Positions 18,664-28,780 of a stretch of DNA of 64,000 nucleotides are shown here, piece after piece; position 1 is the stretch's first letter; each line of letters begins with the position of its first letter. Location: NCBI GenBank assembly GCA_041666745.1, contig JBAYGI010000005.1, positions 7,748 through 71,747 of the forward strand. The letters run 5' to 3'. The translations under genes were made by a program, and so were the position numbers. The notes under the pieces were generated by a model. It was not told the DNA's origin. It ran no database searches and saw only the letters and a program-made list of their open reading frames with translations. This stretch comes from Candidatus Magasanikiibacteriota bacterium. GTDB taxonomy: Bacteria; Patescibacteriota; Patescibacteriia; Magasanikbacterales; GWA2-37-8.

Positions 18664-19899
18664 TTATTCATAACGCAACGCTTCAATCGGATCCAATTGG
18701 CTGGCGCGTCGCGCCGGTACAATACCAAAGATCAAACCAATACCGACAGATACAACACACCCTACCACAATCGCCGAAATAGAAATCGCAAAATCCCAAT
18801 CATATCCCATATTCTGCGCCACTTTGGCCACAATATACGAAATTAAAATTCCTAAAATAATTCCGATAATTCCACCGATAAAAGTAATCCCAATGGATTC
18901 AATTAAAAACTGCTGAACGATATGACGATTTTTCGCGCCCAAGGCCTTTCGCAAACCAATCTCACGCGTGCGTTCTTGCACAGCCGCCAACATTATATTC
19001 ATAATCCCCACACCACCGACCAACAATGCAATAGAAGCCACGGCGGCGAGGAAAAATTTTAGAGCATTGGTAATTTTCGTAATTGCATCCAAACTTTGCG
19101 CCATAGAACGAACCGAAAAATCATCGTCTTCCGGCCGATCTATTTTGTGTCGTTCACGCAAAATCACATTTGCCTGATCCATCGCGTCATCTATATGATC
19201 GGCACTATCCACTTTCAAACGAGCAAAAGAAATATAATCAATACCCAACAAAAGTTTTTGCGCTGTGGTTATGGGAACAAAAATTTGATTATCCTGATTT
19301 TGCATACCGGAAGATCCGCGCGCGGCCATCACGCCGATAATATTAAAAGAAGTTTTTTTGATTTTTATTTGTTGGCCGATTGGATCTTGATCATCAAATA
19401 AATCTTTTGCGGTTTGACTGGCTAACACCGCTACTCGCGCGGAACCTTTGTCTTCATCATCGGTAAAAAAACGACCACTGGCGACTTTGGCGTCTTCTAC
19501 TTCCGGCAACGCCGCGTTCACACCAACAAAAGTGGTGTCGGTTTTTTGATCACCCCACACAACAGTATCTGTACCTTTTACATATCCGGTTGCCGCAATA
19601 AAATGTGGATATTCTTTGAGCAGTGCTTCAATATCATCTTCTTTCAACGAGGTGATAAGCACACCCATCACCGAAGCGGGCGGGCCTTTTTCGTCGGATT
19701 TTCCCGGAAGCACGCCAATTAAATTTGAGCCCAAACTTTTTACTTGATTGATAATCAAGCTCTGCGCGCCGGCACCGACCGACATCACGATAATCACGGC
19801 CATCACGCCGATAATAATCCCAAGCATCGTCAAAAACGACCGTATTTTATTACGACCGATTATGTGCCAGACGCTATGGATGTTTTCGGCGAGGTTCAT
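18664..19899 (-). CDS. MacB/FtsX-family ABC permease (paralogue)
   Basis: RSFLTMLGIIIGV, GIMNIML..V.ERTREIGLRKALGA, PARRASQLDPIEALRYE. Confidence 0.93.
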   Translation of the reverse strand: MNLAENIHSVWHIIGRNKIRSFLTMLGIIIGVMAVIIVMSVGAGAQSLIINQVKSLGSNLIGVLPGKSDEKGPPASVMGVLITSLKEDDIEALLKEYPHFIAATGYVKGTDTVVWGDQKTDTTFVGVNAALPEVEDAKVASGRFFTDDEDKGSARVAVLASQTAKDLFDDQDPIGQQIKIKKTSFNIIGVMAARGSSGMQNQDNQIFVPITTAQKLLLGIDYISFARLKVDSADHIDDAMDQANVILRERHKIDRPEDDDFSVRSMAQSLDAITKITNALKFFLAAVASIALLVGGVGIMNIMLAAVQERTREIGLRKALGAKNRHIVQQFLIESIGITFIGGIIGIILGILISYIVAKVAQNMGYDWDFAISISAIVVGCVVSVGIGLIFGIVPARRASQLDPIEALRYE

Positions 19900-19903
19900 G
19901 TAA

Positions 19904-20626
19904 TTATTTTATTAGATCCTCGGCGCCGTCGGCCATTAGGCGGTCTTTAACTTTTTCGTCACTGCTTATTTCTCCGTCTTTTATTCGCAAAATTCTTTTG
20001 GCGTGATCGGCGGTGTATTTTTCGTGTGTTACCAAAATTATAGTATGACCTTCTTTATTTAATTTTTGCAAAATTTTCATTACTTGCAAACCGGATTTAC
20101 TGTCTAAATTTCCGGTTGGTTCATCGGCAAAAATTACCGAGGGATTATTCACCAATGCGCGCGCGATTGCTACGCGCTGTTTTTCACCACCAGATAATTG
20201 GTTTGGTTGATAATTTTCACGATGTGATAATCCTACCGCGGCCAGCGCTTCTTTGGCGCGCTTGCGACGATCCTTGGCAGAAACATTGGAATATACCAAA
20301 GGCAATTCCACATTTTCCAAAACTGTGGTGCGAGGTAAAAGATGAAATGCTTGAAATACAAAACCAACTTCACTCCCGCGCATATCGGCCAACTCATCAT
20401 CGCTTAAAGTACTGACATCACGGCCATTAAAAACAAATTTTCCACAGCTGTGCTTATCCAAAAAACCCAAAATATGCATTAGGGTAGATTTGCCGGAACC
20501 AGACGGTCCCATTATCGCCACGAATTCCCCTTTTTCTATTGTGAAATTCAAATGATGCAAGACTTTGGTGGTCAAGTCCTCATTAACATAATCTTTACAA
20601 AGATCTGTTATTTCTATTAATGCCAT
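19904..20626 (-). CDS. MacB/LolD-type ABC ATP-binding protein
   Basis: [27 protein letters not shown]. Confidence 0.95.
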   Translation of the reverse strand: MALIEITDLCKDYVNEDLTTKVLHHLNFTIEKGEFVAIMGPSGSGKSTLMHILGFLDKHSCGKFVFNGRDVSTLSDDELADMRGSEVGFVFQAFHLLPRTTVLENVELPLVYSNVSAKDRRKRAKEALAAVGLSHRENYQPNQLSGGEKQRVAIARALVNNPSVIFADEPTGNLDSKSGLQVMKILQKLNKEGHTIILVTHEKYTADHAKRILRIKDGEISSDEKVKDRLMADGAEDLIK

Positions 20627-20627
20627 A

Positions 20628-22229
20628 TTATTTTGCGTTTGGATCTTTGATGCTTAAAATAACATCTTGGCCTTCTGTTAGACCTTCCACAATTTCTACT
20701 TTTCCATCATCAGCTTTCAAACCAATTTTTACTTCTACATCTTTTTCTTTTCCATTCTCCAAAACTTTTACATATTTGCCACTGTTTGTGCGTAAAGTTC
20801 TAAATGGAATATATAATACACTTTGTCGAGTTGCGCCTTTTACTATCACATTGGCAGTCATACCCGGTTTAACTTCTTTGTCGGTTTTATCCAAAGATAC
20901 CGTCACTTTGTAATACACTACATCTTGAATTTCTGTTGAAGCTAATTCAATTTGAGTAATTTTTCCGGTAAATTTCACATCATTACCAAAAGCGTCCAAA
21001 GTTATACCAGTAGTATCACCAACTTTTATTTTTGAAACATCGGTTTCTGGAATATCCACTTTTATCTGATAATTTGGCGCCAACACATTCATAATAATAT
21101 CTGCCGAAGTAACATTCTCACCAATTTTTTTATTTATTTTTGTCATTACTCCATCTATCGGTGATCGCACAGTGGCTTTATCACGATTGGCAATAGCCTG
21201 TGTCAAAGCGGCACGATATGATGCAATATCCACTTCACGCGGAGGGTTTTTGGCGTCATTTAAAGCAGATTGAGCTTTGTTTACTATTGCCTGATAAGAC
21301 ACATAACTATTTCGCGCGGTAATAATCGCATGTGCTTCATCGACAATGGTCGCATACTTCGTAGACAAAGTTGTGCGTGTAGTTTGAATACTGGTTTTCA
21401 TCGCATCTAGAGCTGTTTGGGTTAGAGTGCCGGAAGGTGGGGTCTTGTCCAGAACACCGGAAACATAAAACAAACAATCTTTCATCGCCAACATCGCTTC
21501 CTCTGATTTTTCAACCGCCTTATCGATATCCGTGTGTGAAGAATTCTTGGTGATAGAGTTCGCTACCGTGTCAAAATCAGTTTTAATTTGTTTGGCTACC
21601 AAATATTGACTTTTTGCCGGATTCAAATAACTATAATCATAAATTGATAAATAACTTTCAAAACTATCGTTAGCAAAACTATTATCAATTCCCAAAACGT
21701 TATCCGCCGCGGTTAGCGATGTGGATAATACAATTTGTACAGACTGCAAACTAACCACCAAATCATCATAGGCATTTTGAACCAATTTACTATCTTCAAT
21801 ACCATCACCGGTTCCCTTAGCTTGCATCAAATCATTTTTGGCTTTCTCTAGAGCAGACTGTAATTGCGCAATATATTCAGGTGTATTTCCGGCGAGTTGT
21901 TTGTTTAAATTGGCGTTTGCTTGCTCCACTGCCGCATTCAAATCCGCCGCTCTCAAATTCGCCAACACCTGTCCGGCTCTGACAGTTTGACCTTCTTTGG
22001 CGTATAAATTCTGAATAATACCGGAAATTTCAAACCTCAAAGGCAAGTCCTGCGCTGATTCGATTTTTCCTGTTGCATCAATGGTTTGAATCAGATCACC
22101 ACGCGTTACTTTGACAGTCTCATACACCGGTGGCGCGTTCTTTTTTTGGTATTGACTATATCCAAAATATCCGGCGATGGCGATTATCACCAGAATAAAA
22201 TAAAAACTTTTTCTCTTGAATATACTCAT
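20628..22229 (-). CDS. Efflux membrane fusion protein (MacA/HlyD-like adaptor)
   Basis: N-terminal TM, EGQTVRAGQVLA, long coiled coil, SPIDG, KPGMTANV. Confidence 0.9.
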   Translation of the reverse strand: MSIFKRKSFYFILVIIAIAGYFGYSQYQKKNAPPVYETVKVTRGDLIQTIDATGKIESAQDLPLRFEISGIIQNLYAKEGQTVRAGQVLANLRAADLNAAVEQANANLNKQLAGNTPEYIAQLQSALEKAKNDLMQAKGTGDGIEDSKLVQNAYDDLVVSLQSVQIVLSTSLTAADNVLGIDNSFANDSFESYLSIYDYSYLNPAKSQYLVAKQIKTDFDTVANSITKNSSHTDIDKAVEKSEEAMLAMKDCLFYVSGVLDKTPPSGTLTQTALDAMKTSIQTTRTTLSTKYATIVDEAHAIITARNSYVSYQAIVNKAQSALNDAKNPPREVDIASYRAALTQAIANRDKATVRSPIDGVMTKINKKIGENVTSADIIMNVLAPNYQIKVDIPETDVSKIKVGDTTGITLDAFGNDVKFTGKITQIELASTEIQDVVYYKVTVSLDKTDKEVKPGMTANVIVKGATRQSVLYIPFRTLRTNSGKYVKVLENGKEKDVEVKIGLKADDGKVEIVEGLTEGQDVILSIKDPNAK

Positions 22230-22239
22230 ATATATTATA

Positions 22240-23694
22240 TTAATTTTTTTCCCAAGGTTGGGCGGAATTTAAAAATTTATCTTTAATTTTAAAAAAATAT
22301 TCTTTGGCTTCACTGTAATCATTTTTTATTTTTCCATCCAAAATCGCTTCCTCAATCGCTTCTTTTATTTTACCAATAGTTGGCCCGGATTTCAACCCAC
22401 ATGCTTTCATAATTTCGTCTCCTCTAAACGGTGACTGAAAAGCTCGTAGTTTATCGCGCTCCAACACTTGGGCAATCCGTTCTTCGAGGTGGTCGTAATT
22501 TTTTAAACGTTTTTCTTTTTTATTTGGATTGCCGGTCGTAATATCACTACGCCCCAAAATTAACAAGTCGTCAATTTCATCTCCCAAGCTCACTATCAAA
22601 CGCCGAACGGCTGAATCGGTAATACCTTCATCCATCAGGCTTATCGGCTGTTGATGCCAACGTACCAGTTTGGCCAAGTAAGCGGTTTTATCATTGGCAA
22701 TGCGCAATCGTTTACACAATTTTATAACAATTTTTTCTCCAAAAAATTCATGGGCGTGAAATGTCCAACCAATACCGCTGGCAAATCTCTTGGTTTTTGG
22801 TTTTCCAATATCGTGAAACAAACCGGCCAAACGCAACCAAATATTTTCACTGCGCAAGGCAATATTGTCCACTACTTTAAAAGTGTGGATTAAATTATTT
22901 TTGTGTTGATGTCCAAAAACTTCTTCTACTCCATCGAGAGCGACCACTTCCGGTAAAATAATATCCAACAATCCGGTTTGAAACATTAAAACCAAACACA
23001 CCGACGGAGTTTTGACCGCCAACATTTTCAATAATTCTTCCTGAACACGCTCAGCGGAAATTATTTTCAAACGCTCACAGTTTTTGTGAATTGATTCCAA
23101 AGTTTTTTTATCAATTCCAAATTCCAACTGACCGGCGAAACGAATAGCTCGCAACATTCGTAGTGGATCGTCGCTAAATGTAATATCTGGATCTAGCGGA
23201 GTACAAAGAATTTTATTTTGTAAATCTTTTTGTCCATTGAACGGATCAACTATTTGACTAATTATTTTTTTGACAGATGGCTTCAATAATCCCGCAAACG
23301 CCAAGACCGGCACGGCCATCGCGTTGACCGTAAAGTCACGTCGAGATAAATCATTTTCCAAAGTAGCGGTTTGAACTTTTGGTTTACGCGAAGTAGCTTC
23401 GTAATTTTCTGATCTCGCTCCGGCAAATTCTACGACTGTTTGTTTTTCACCCTCTCCCAACACATATCTGGCGGTATCAAAATCTGGAAATTCCACCAAA
23501 CTGCCCGACATTTTCATAAAAACATCAAATTTTTTGGCGAATTCCAAACCACTGCCAACTACCACAAAATCTATATCCTTTTTTTGTTCTCTTCCCAAAA
23601 TATAATCACGCACAAAACCACCAACCGCATAAACCGGTGTTTTTTCTTTTTTGGAACAGGTGTTGATTTTCTTTATAATTTTAAATACTTCCAT
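22240..23694 (-). CDS. CCA-adding tRNA nucleotidyltransferase with HD domain
   Basis: VGGFVRD, DIDF, DLSRRDFTVNAMA, DDPLRMLRAIRF, HDIGK. Confidence 0.92.
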   Translation of the reverse strand: MEVFKIIKKINTCSKKEKTPVYAVGGFVRDYILGREQKKDIDFVVVGSGLEFAKKFDVFMKMSGSLVEFPDFDTARYVLGEGEKQTVVEFAGARSENYEATSRKPKVQTATLENDLSRRDFTVNAMAVPVLAFAGLLKPSVKKIISQIVDPFNGQKDLQNKILCTPLDPDITFSDDPLRMLRAIRFAGQLEFGIDKKTLESIHKNCERLKIISAERVQEELLKMLAVKTPSVCLVLMFQTGLLDIILPEVVALDGVEEVFGHQHKNNLIHTFKVVDNIALRSENIWLRLAGLFHDIGKPKTKRFASGIGWTFHAHEFFGEKIVIKLCKRLRIANDKTAYLAKLVRWHQQPISLMDEGITDSAVRRLIVSLGDEIDDLLILGRSDITTGNPNKKEKRLKNYDHLEERIAQVLERDKLRAFQSPFRGDEIMKACGLKSGPTIGKIKEAIEEAILDGKIKNDYSEAKEYFFKIKDKFLNSAQPWEKN

Positions 23695-23700
23695 AATTGA

Positions 23701-24735
23701 CTAAACTGATTTGTTACGACCAGAACGCTTTTCTGCGGTTTCTTCGGTAATCAATTTTTCTTTAAGCAATTGTTTGATAGAATTTTCCATACTCACCATA
23801 CCATCTTTGGATCCGGTTTGAATGGAAGATTTAATTTGATTGGTACTGTTTTCTTTGATCAAATTGGCCACACCCGAAGTGTTGACCAAAATTTCTCTGG
23901 CCGGAACACGACCACCATCTGTGGATGGCAATAACTGCTGAGCGACCACTACTTTCAAAACTGCGGATAATTGAATCAAAATTTGTTTTTGTTTTGATCC
24001 CTCAAACACATCGACAATACGCTCCACCGCTTCAGCCGCACTACTAGTATGTAGTGTAGATAACACCAAATGCCCGGTCTCCGCGGCGGTCAAAACTGTA
24101 GCGATGGTTTCCGGATCACGCATTTCACCAACCAAAATCACATTTGGATCCTGACGCAAAACGTGTTTTAGAGCGTTAGCAAAAGAATTTGTATCGGTAC
24201 CAACTTCACGCTGTTCAATTAAACATTTTTTATCTTCAAACAAAAATTCGATTGGGTCTTCGATTGTGACGATATGCGCTTTACGATTTTTATTTATTTC
24301 TTCAACGATAGATGCTAGGGTGGTAGATTTTCCACAACCGGTCGGGCCAGTTACCAAAACCAAACCATCCAACATGTTGGATACTTCTTTTAAAATCGGT
24401 TCAAAACGTAAATCTTCCGGGCTGGGAATAACAGCCGGAATCAAACGCGCGCTCAACCCGATAACATCTTCTTGGCGATGCAAATTCACACGAAAACGCA
24501 CTTCGTCTTGTTCGTAACTAAAATCCAATTCTTTTTCTTCTTCAAAACGATCTTTTTGTTCTTTATTGATTAATTCTTCAAAAACAGATACCTCCAATTC
24601 TTTGGCATTGAGTGGTTTTTGGTCTATTTCTTTTAATTCGCCTTCTACTCGAATCATCGGCAGTTCATTGCCAACCAAATGCAAGTCTGACGCTTCTTCT
24701 TTTATTGCTTCTTTAAAGTATTGTTTAATACTCAT
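23701..24735 (-). CDS. pilT: Type IV pilus retraction ATPase PilT
   Basis: ASDLHL, GPTGCGKSTT, TIEDPIE, LRQDPNVILVGEMRD, AETGHLVLSTLHT. Confidence 0.93.
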   Translation of the reverse strand: MSIKQYFKEAIKEEASDLHLVGNELPMIRVEGELKEIDQKPLNAKELEVSVFEELINKEQKDRFEEEKELDFSYEQDEVRFRVNLHRQEDVIGLSARLIPAVIPSPEDLRFEPILKEVSNMLDGLVLVTGPTGCGKSTTLASIVEEINKNRKAHIVTIEDPIEFLFEDKKCLIEQREVGTDTNSFANALKHVLRQDPNVILVGEMRDPETIATVLTAAETGHLVLSTLHTSSAAEAVERIVDVFEGSKQKQILIQLSAVLKVVVAQQLLPSTDGGRVPAREILVNTSGVANLIKENSTNQIKSSIQTGSKDGMVSMENSIKQLLKEKLITEETAEKRSGRNKSV

Positions 24736-24800
24736 AAAAATAAAATAATAACTAAAAATAGCTTAATCCGCTAAATTAAGTATATCATTAAAATTAAAAC

Positions 24801-24829
24801 TTGAAAAGCGCAAAAAAGTGTGCTACGCT
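24801..24829 (+). promoter_or_regulatory. Putative promoter of tRNA-Pro
   Basis: TTGAAA-17 nt-TACGCT with TG extension. Confidence 0.5.
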
Positions 24830-24840
24830 GAGGTTGACAA

Positions 24841-24874
24841 CCCGCCGTCGCTCCTTCGGAGCTATGGCGAGGCG
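24841..24874. repeat. REP-like repeat in the tRNA-Pro leader
   Basis: cgccgtcgctccttcggagctatggcg hairpin; gctatggcga is the exact reverse complement of tcgccatagc at 32364-32373. Confidence 0.6.
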
Positions 24875-24878
24875 AGGA

Positions 24879-24951
24879 CGGGCTGTAGCGCAGTTGGTAG
24901 CGCGCGTGGTTCGGGACCACGAGGTCGCAGGTTCAAATCCTGTCAGCCCGA
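24879..24951 (+). tRNA. tRNA-Pro(CGG)
   Basis: CGGGCTG acceptor, CGTGG-TT CGG GA-CCACG anticodon arm, GGTTCAAATCC. Confidence 0.95.
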
Positions 24952-26409
24952 CAATTCGGCAAAAGAGCAGTTTTTGGAGACCTCTGCCATACTTTGGTAG
25001 GGGTCTTTTAGTTTAAAACTAGCCAAAGTTTTGTTTTCAATAGTAAGGTTCCAAAGTATATTTCCGAGCACATTACGTTTTCTCAAATCATCACGTTGTT
25101 CAAATTCTTTTTTGGCTCTACTGGCGGTTAAAAACTTGTTTTTCGTAAGTTCCAAAGTAGTTTCACTGTTAAAATGTTTTTGTTGTAATGTTTTAAGTTG
25201 GCTTTCAGTAGCGGTAACTTCGTTGTTCAATGATTGTATTTTTGCGTTGTAGAGGTCTTCGGATACGTTACCGGCCAAATAGCTGTCCACGAGCTTGGAT
25301 TGCTTCTCACGGGCAAGCGTAAGCTGTTTGGTGAGATTCTGTAAGGCGGTTTCGGTATAGGTTTTGTCGTGTCCTAACTCTTCCTTTTTAGCTAAATACA
25401 TTATTTCGATTATTTCCTCGTCAAATTCAATATCGCTAAATATTTTAGACATGATATTATCGACACTTTCCGAGCGTAGGTATTTTTTGTGCTGTTCACA
25501 GTTGCCTTTGCCATTAGTGCAGTAATAATAATCGTGGCCTTTTTTGTTGGTAGCGGTTAAGGCACAACCGCAGACATGGCAGTTCATTAAACCACGATGT
25601 AGAAAATTGTGGGTTTGCTTCCGGCTTTTGTTTTTGCCATTGATAATGCTTTGAACATTATCAAAAAGTTCTTGACCGACAATCGAGGTGTGAGTGCCAA
25701 CAAAATATTTTCCGTTCTGCACAACAAAACCGCAATGTACCGGATTAGTAAGCGCGCGATGTAAAACGCTTTTGTGGACTTTGTAACCGCCGAGCGTTCG
25801 CAAACCTTTGTCGTACATGACATTTACTAAATCCTTTATGCTGTAATTTCCTGTTTCGTAAAGATTAAACATTTCCACTATGTTCGGTGCCCGAACCGGA
25901 TCAGGATAAATAATCTTGTTGGCTTTATCATTTAAATATCCAAACGGGGCTTTTGTCGGCCAACCGCCTTTTTCTATTTTCGTTCGTATTCCTCTTTTTA
26001 CGTTCGTGCTTAAATCGTCAACATATTTTTTGGCAATACCAAAATCTAAACTCATGAAAAATTTATCGTCCGAGATATTTTTGTAAATCTTTTCAAAAGT
26101 TCGAATTTCCACAATTAGTTTTCTGTCCATGAACCAAGATAATTGGCCACCGTCCAAAGCGTTGCGAGCGAGGCGGTCTAATTTCCAAACGTATAAAACA
26201 CATTGGCCACGTTTTTCAATATAGGCCATTACTTCTTTGAAAACTGGACGACCCGGAGCTTTGGCCGACATACTTTCGCTAAATATCTTGTCAAAAACAA
26301 TACCGTCCCGTTCAGCAAGGCGTTTCATTTCGTTTGTTTGTGATTCAATTGATAAAACTTGTCGATCCTCGGATTCAGTGGATTTGCGACAATAAGCGAT
26401 GTATTTCAT
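24943..26409 (-). CDS. Large serine recombinase (integrase)
   Basis: YIAYCRKS catalytic Ser, VWKLDRLARN, KAPFGY, zinc ribbon CHVCG...YYYC...C, coiled coil; stop codon lies in the antisense of tRNA-Pro. Confidence 0.95.
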   Translation of the reverse strand: MKYIAYCRKSTESEDRQVLSIESQTNEMKRLAERDGIVFDKIFSESMSAKAPGRPVFKEVMAYIEKRGQCVLYVWKLDRLARNALDGGQLSWFMDRKLIVEIRTFEKIYKNISDDKFFMSLDFGIAKKYVDDLSTNVKRGIRTKIEKGGWPTKAPFGYLNDKANKIIYPDPVRAPNIVEMFNLYETGNYSIKDLVNVMYDKGLRTLGGYKVHKSVLHRALTNPVHCGFVVQNGKYFVGTHTSIVGQELFDNVQSIINGKNKSRKQTHNFLHRGLMNCHVCGCALTATNKKGHDYYYCTNGKGNCEQHKKYLRSESVDNIMSKIFSDIEFDEEIIEIMYLAKKEELGHDKTYTETALQNLTKQLTLAREKQSKLVDSYLAGNVSEDLYNAKIQSLNNEVTATESQLKTLQQKHFNSETTLELTKNKFLTASRAKKEFEQRDDLRKRNVLGNILWNLTIENKTLASFKLKDPYQSMAEVSKNCSFAELSG

Positions 26410-26429
26410 AACAAGAAAAATTAAGATTG

Positions 26430-27239
26430 TTACTGAGGCTTATTTAACACCAAATCAAACAGCCATGCAAGTGCTTTCGGATCGTTCCTAACGTCGTAAG
26501 TTGTTCTTGTTATTTTTCCACAATGTTTGTTATCAAAACTCACCGTGTTAATTTTCGTTTCTTCCGGCAACAATTCCACCACTAAACTAACCAAATCTTT
26601 ATCATACAAAACCGTCCAGCGTTTCAATCCCTTACTGGCAAAATATTTCTTTCGACCTTTTAATCTTCCGTCTTTCAAATTCTTTGTCATATACTTTACC
26701 ATATACCGGCCAAGGTCTTTTACATTTCGTACCGACTTCACGTTAATATTTCCATGTCGCCATATTCGTTTTATTTCGTCATACACTTTTTCAATAAATG
26801 GCAGATTGAAAAACAAAACATGATAGTGAATTACACCCTCTCTTGTTTTGTCTTGAAACTCCGTAACGGCGATGTAATGCAAAAAGTGTTTTTTTGAACC
26901 GCCAACAAAATAGTTAAGGCGTTGCATAGCGACCTTAAAAAAACTACTGGCAATATCCAAATCACGAATATCGTCCTCAAAAGTGAATGTAACAAAAATG
27001 GGCAGGTACGATGTGCCGTTTGCTTTTAACCATTTATGAGCGTTGGAATTTACAAGACGACGGACAGCCGACTTTGCACGATTGGCCGAGCTAATTTCGT
27101 TTTCTTCCGGCGTGGTCAAAGGGTGTCCGGTTGAAGTGTGTTTTTTACGATTGTCGGGGCCATACTTGATTGGCTGTTCCATAAAATCATATTCGACGAT
27201 ATGACCGGCAATCGTTATTTTCTGATTAGTAAATTGCAT
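26430..27239 (-). CDS. HUH rolling-circle replication initiator protein
   Basis: Motif I FVTFTF, motif II IHYHVLF, motif III YMVKYMTK, KKYFASKGL. Confidence 0.88.
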   Translation of the reverse strand: MQFTNQKITIAGHIVEYDFMEQPIKYGPDNRKKHTSTGHPLTTPEENEISSANRAKSAVRRLVNSNAHKWLKANGTSYLPIFVTFTFEDDIRDLDIASSFFKVAMQRLNYFVGGSKKHFLHYIAVTEFQDKTREGVIHYHVLFFNLPFIEKVYDEIKRIWRHGNINVKSVRNVKDLGRYMVKYMTKNLKDGRLKGRKKYFASKGLKRWTVLYDKDLVSLVVELLPEETKINTVSFDNKHCGKITRTTYDVRNDPKALAWLFDLVLNKPQ

Positions 27240-27249
27240 ATATTTTTCG

Positions 27250-27388
27250 GCGTAAGTGTTGTTTTAATAGAAATAACAGTGAGTGAACGGCGAACCGACG
27301 AGCGAACGAGTGAGCGACGACGAAAGCCTTAATCGGCAAAGCCGGTTTCCACAGGTCGCAATCGGGCAATTATTGCGACCCGTGGAAA
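27250..27388. other. Candidate replication origin upstream of rep
   Basis: Non-coding; repeated gagcga/gcgaac motifs and a long hairpin tttccac.ggtcgcaat...attgcgacc.gtggaaa (27346-27388). Confidence 0.45.
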
Positions 27389-27393
27389 GTCAA

Positions 27394-27567
27394 TTAAAGT
27401 GGTGCTGACCGGTCTGGTGGTGGTTCATTGTCCCAGAACAAACCAAAAAGTTCCGCATAGGAATGCAGATATTGATTGGCCTGTTCAATAGTGATAGTTT
27501 TCTTTAAACGGTTTAAAAAATACAGTTGCAGGCGTTCGATGAGTTGTGGACTAAAATCTATGAGCAT
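27394..27567 (-). CDS. Small hypothetical protein (57 aa), below the ORF-track cutoff
   Basis: Hand translation MLIDFSPQLIERLQLYFLNRLKKTITIEQANQYLHSYAELFGLFWDNEPPPDRSAPL*; co-oriented with rep and integrase. Confidence 0.6.
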   Translation of the reverse strand: MLIDFSPQLIERLQLYFLNRLKKTITIEQANQYLHSYAELFGLFWDNEPPPDRSAPL

Positions 27568-27619
27568 AGAAAATATTGAGGTTCTATGCCCTTTGTGGAC
27601 GAAATTTCGCTGTGAAACA

Positions 27620-27658
27620 AAAAAATCCCTTTGTTCTCACGAATCAAAGGGATTTTTT
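27620..27658 (-). terminator. Terminator hairpin
   Basis: aaaaaatccctttg-ttctcacgaat-caaagggatttttt. Confidence 0.65.
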
Positions 27659-27691
27659 ATGTTTACACCAGCCGAGAATTTTCCCGCCTCA

Positions 27692-28732
27692 TCAAACAGG
27701 CTTTAGAAATTCTCTTGATATTTTTGTTGTGTCGTAGATGTTCCGGTCTTTCCAATCATCTCGAAATTCCGGATCGGGTAATAACTTTATTTTTATCCTA
27801 TATTCCATATTTTCTTTGTCAGTTTCATAAAATGGGTCATCGGTAATTTGGAAATAGTCTTTGAGGTGTTGAGTGAGTGTTTGTTTTTGCTTTTTGCGTT
27901 TGGCTTTATCGGTGCCGGACAAGCGAGTGAGTGGAAAAACGCCGTTGCCGAGAGCGAGTAAGTTTAATAACTCCCAGCTTAATTTTGGTTTGGTTTCGTT
28001 GGGTTTGCGTTTGTCGGCAAAGCCCATTTGCTCGTGATTGGCGATGTATTCTTTGGTTTTATGTTTTATTCGCACTTCGTATTGGCTCCGAAAAGCAATT
28101 TCTAAATCTTCCCATTTACTATCCGGTGTTAAGCCAAGTTGTTTGACGGCCTCGGTTGGTTCTTTGGTAGTGGTGATGTTCGGCGATACCTCGTATTCTG
28201 CCAGCAAATTCATGAGCCGATGATGAAATTCATATACAGCACTTTTAATTGAAAACTGGAAACGGTATGACCCTCGCTCTATTCTGTTTTTAATGACTTC
28301 AATTTTCTTTTTAAACGGGATACGCAATATTAAGATTTGGTATGGTGTTTTAGAGAAAGCCAAACCCCAAGTGTCCAATTTCATTTTGTCTTCCTCGTGG
28401 TTTAGATTTTCGATTGGATTGTAAACAAAGCCGATTAAATATTCGTATTGTGCCCATAAGTGAAAGTGGTCAAAGTTGGACATTTGCAATGCAACCATTT
28501 CGTCTGATAGTTTTTGTTTTTCTAAATCCACCATGAAATGATACCAGCGTTTGTTTTCTTCAAAGATTAAGTCCTGTATGAGTGGGGTGGCCTCAACAAA
28601 TGCCATGTAGTCGTAAATTTTGGGAAAATCTACCACAAACACAATATTACCGTCCTTGTTTTTTGTTTCGGTGTAGGTAAGCGAAAAACGACGGTCGAGT
28701 TCTTGTTTGATTGTAGAAGTTGCGGTATTCAT
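27692..28732 (-). CDS. Hypothetical protein, possible C-terminal winged-helix DNA-binding domain
   Basis: 346-aa ORF; basic C-terminal region SWELLNLLA...KRKKQKQTLTQHLKDYF...YRIKIK. Confidence 0.6.
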   Translation of the reverse strand: MNTATSTIKQELDRRFSLTYTETKNKDGNIVFVVDFPKIYDYMAFVEATPLIQDLIFEENKRWYHFMVDLEKQKLSDEMVALQMSNFDHFHLWAQYEYLIGFVYNPIENLNHEEDKMKLDTWGLAFSKTPYQILILRIPFKKKIEVIKNRIERGSYRFQFSIKSAVYEFHHRLMNLLAEYEVSPNITTTKEPTEAVKQLGLTPDSKWEDLEIAFRSQYEVRIKHKTKEYIANHEQMGFADKRKPNETKPKLSWELLNLLALGNGVFPLTRLSGTDKAKRKKQKQTLTQHLKDYFQITDDPFYETDKENMEYRIKIKLLPDPEFRDDWKDRNIYDTTKISREFLKPV

Positions 28733-28780
28733 ACCGCTATATTTTGGACGAAAAAGACGTAAAAGTCAAAGTTGACGAAT

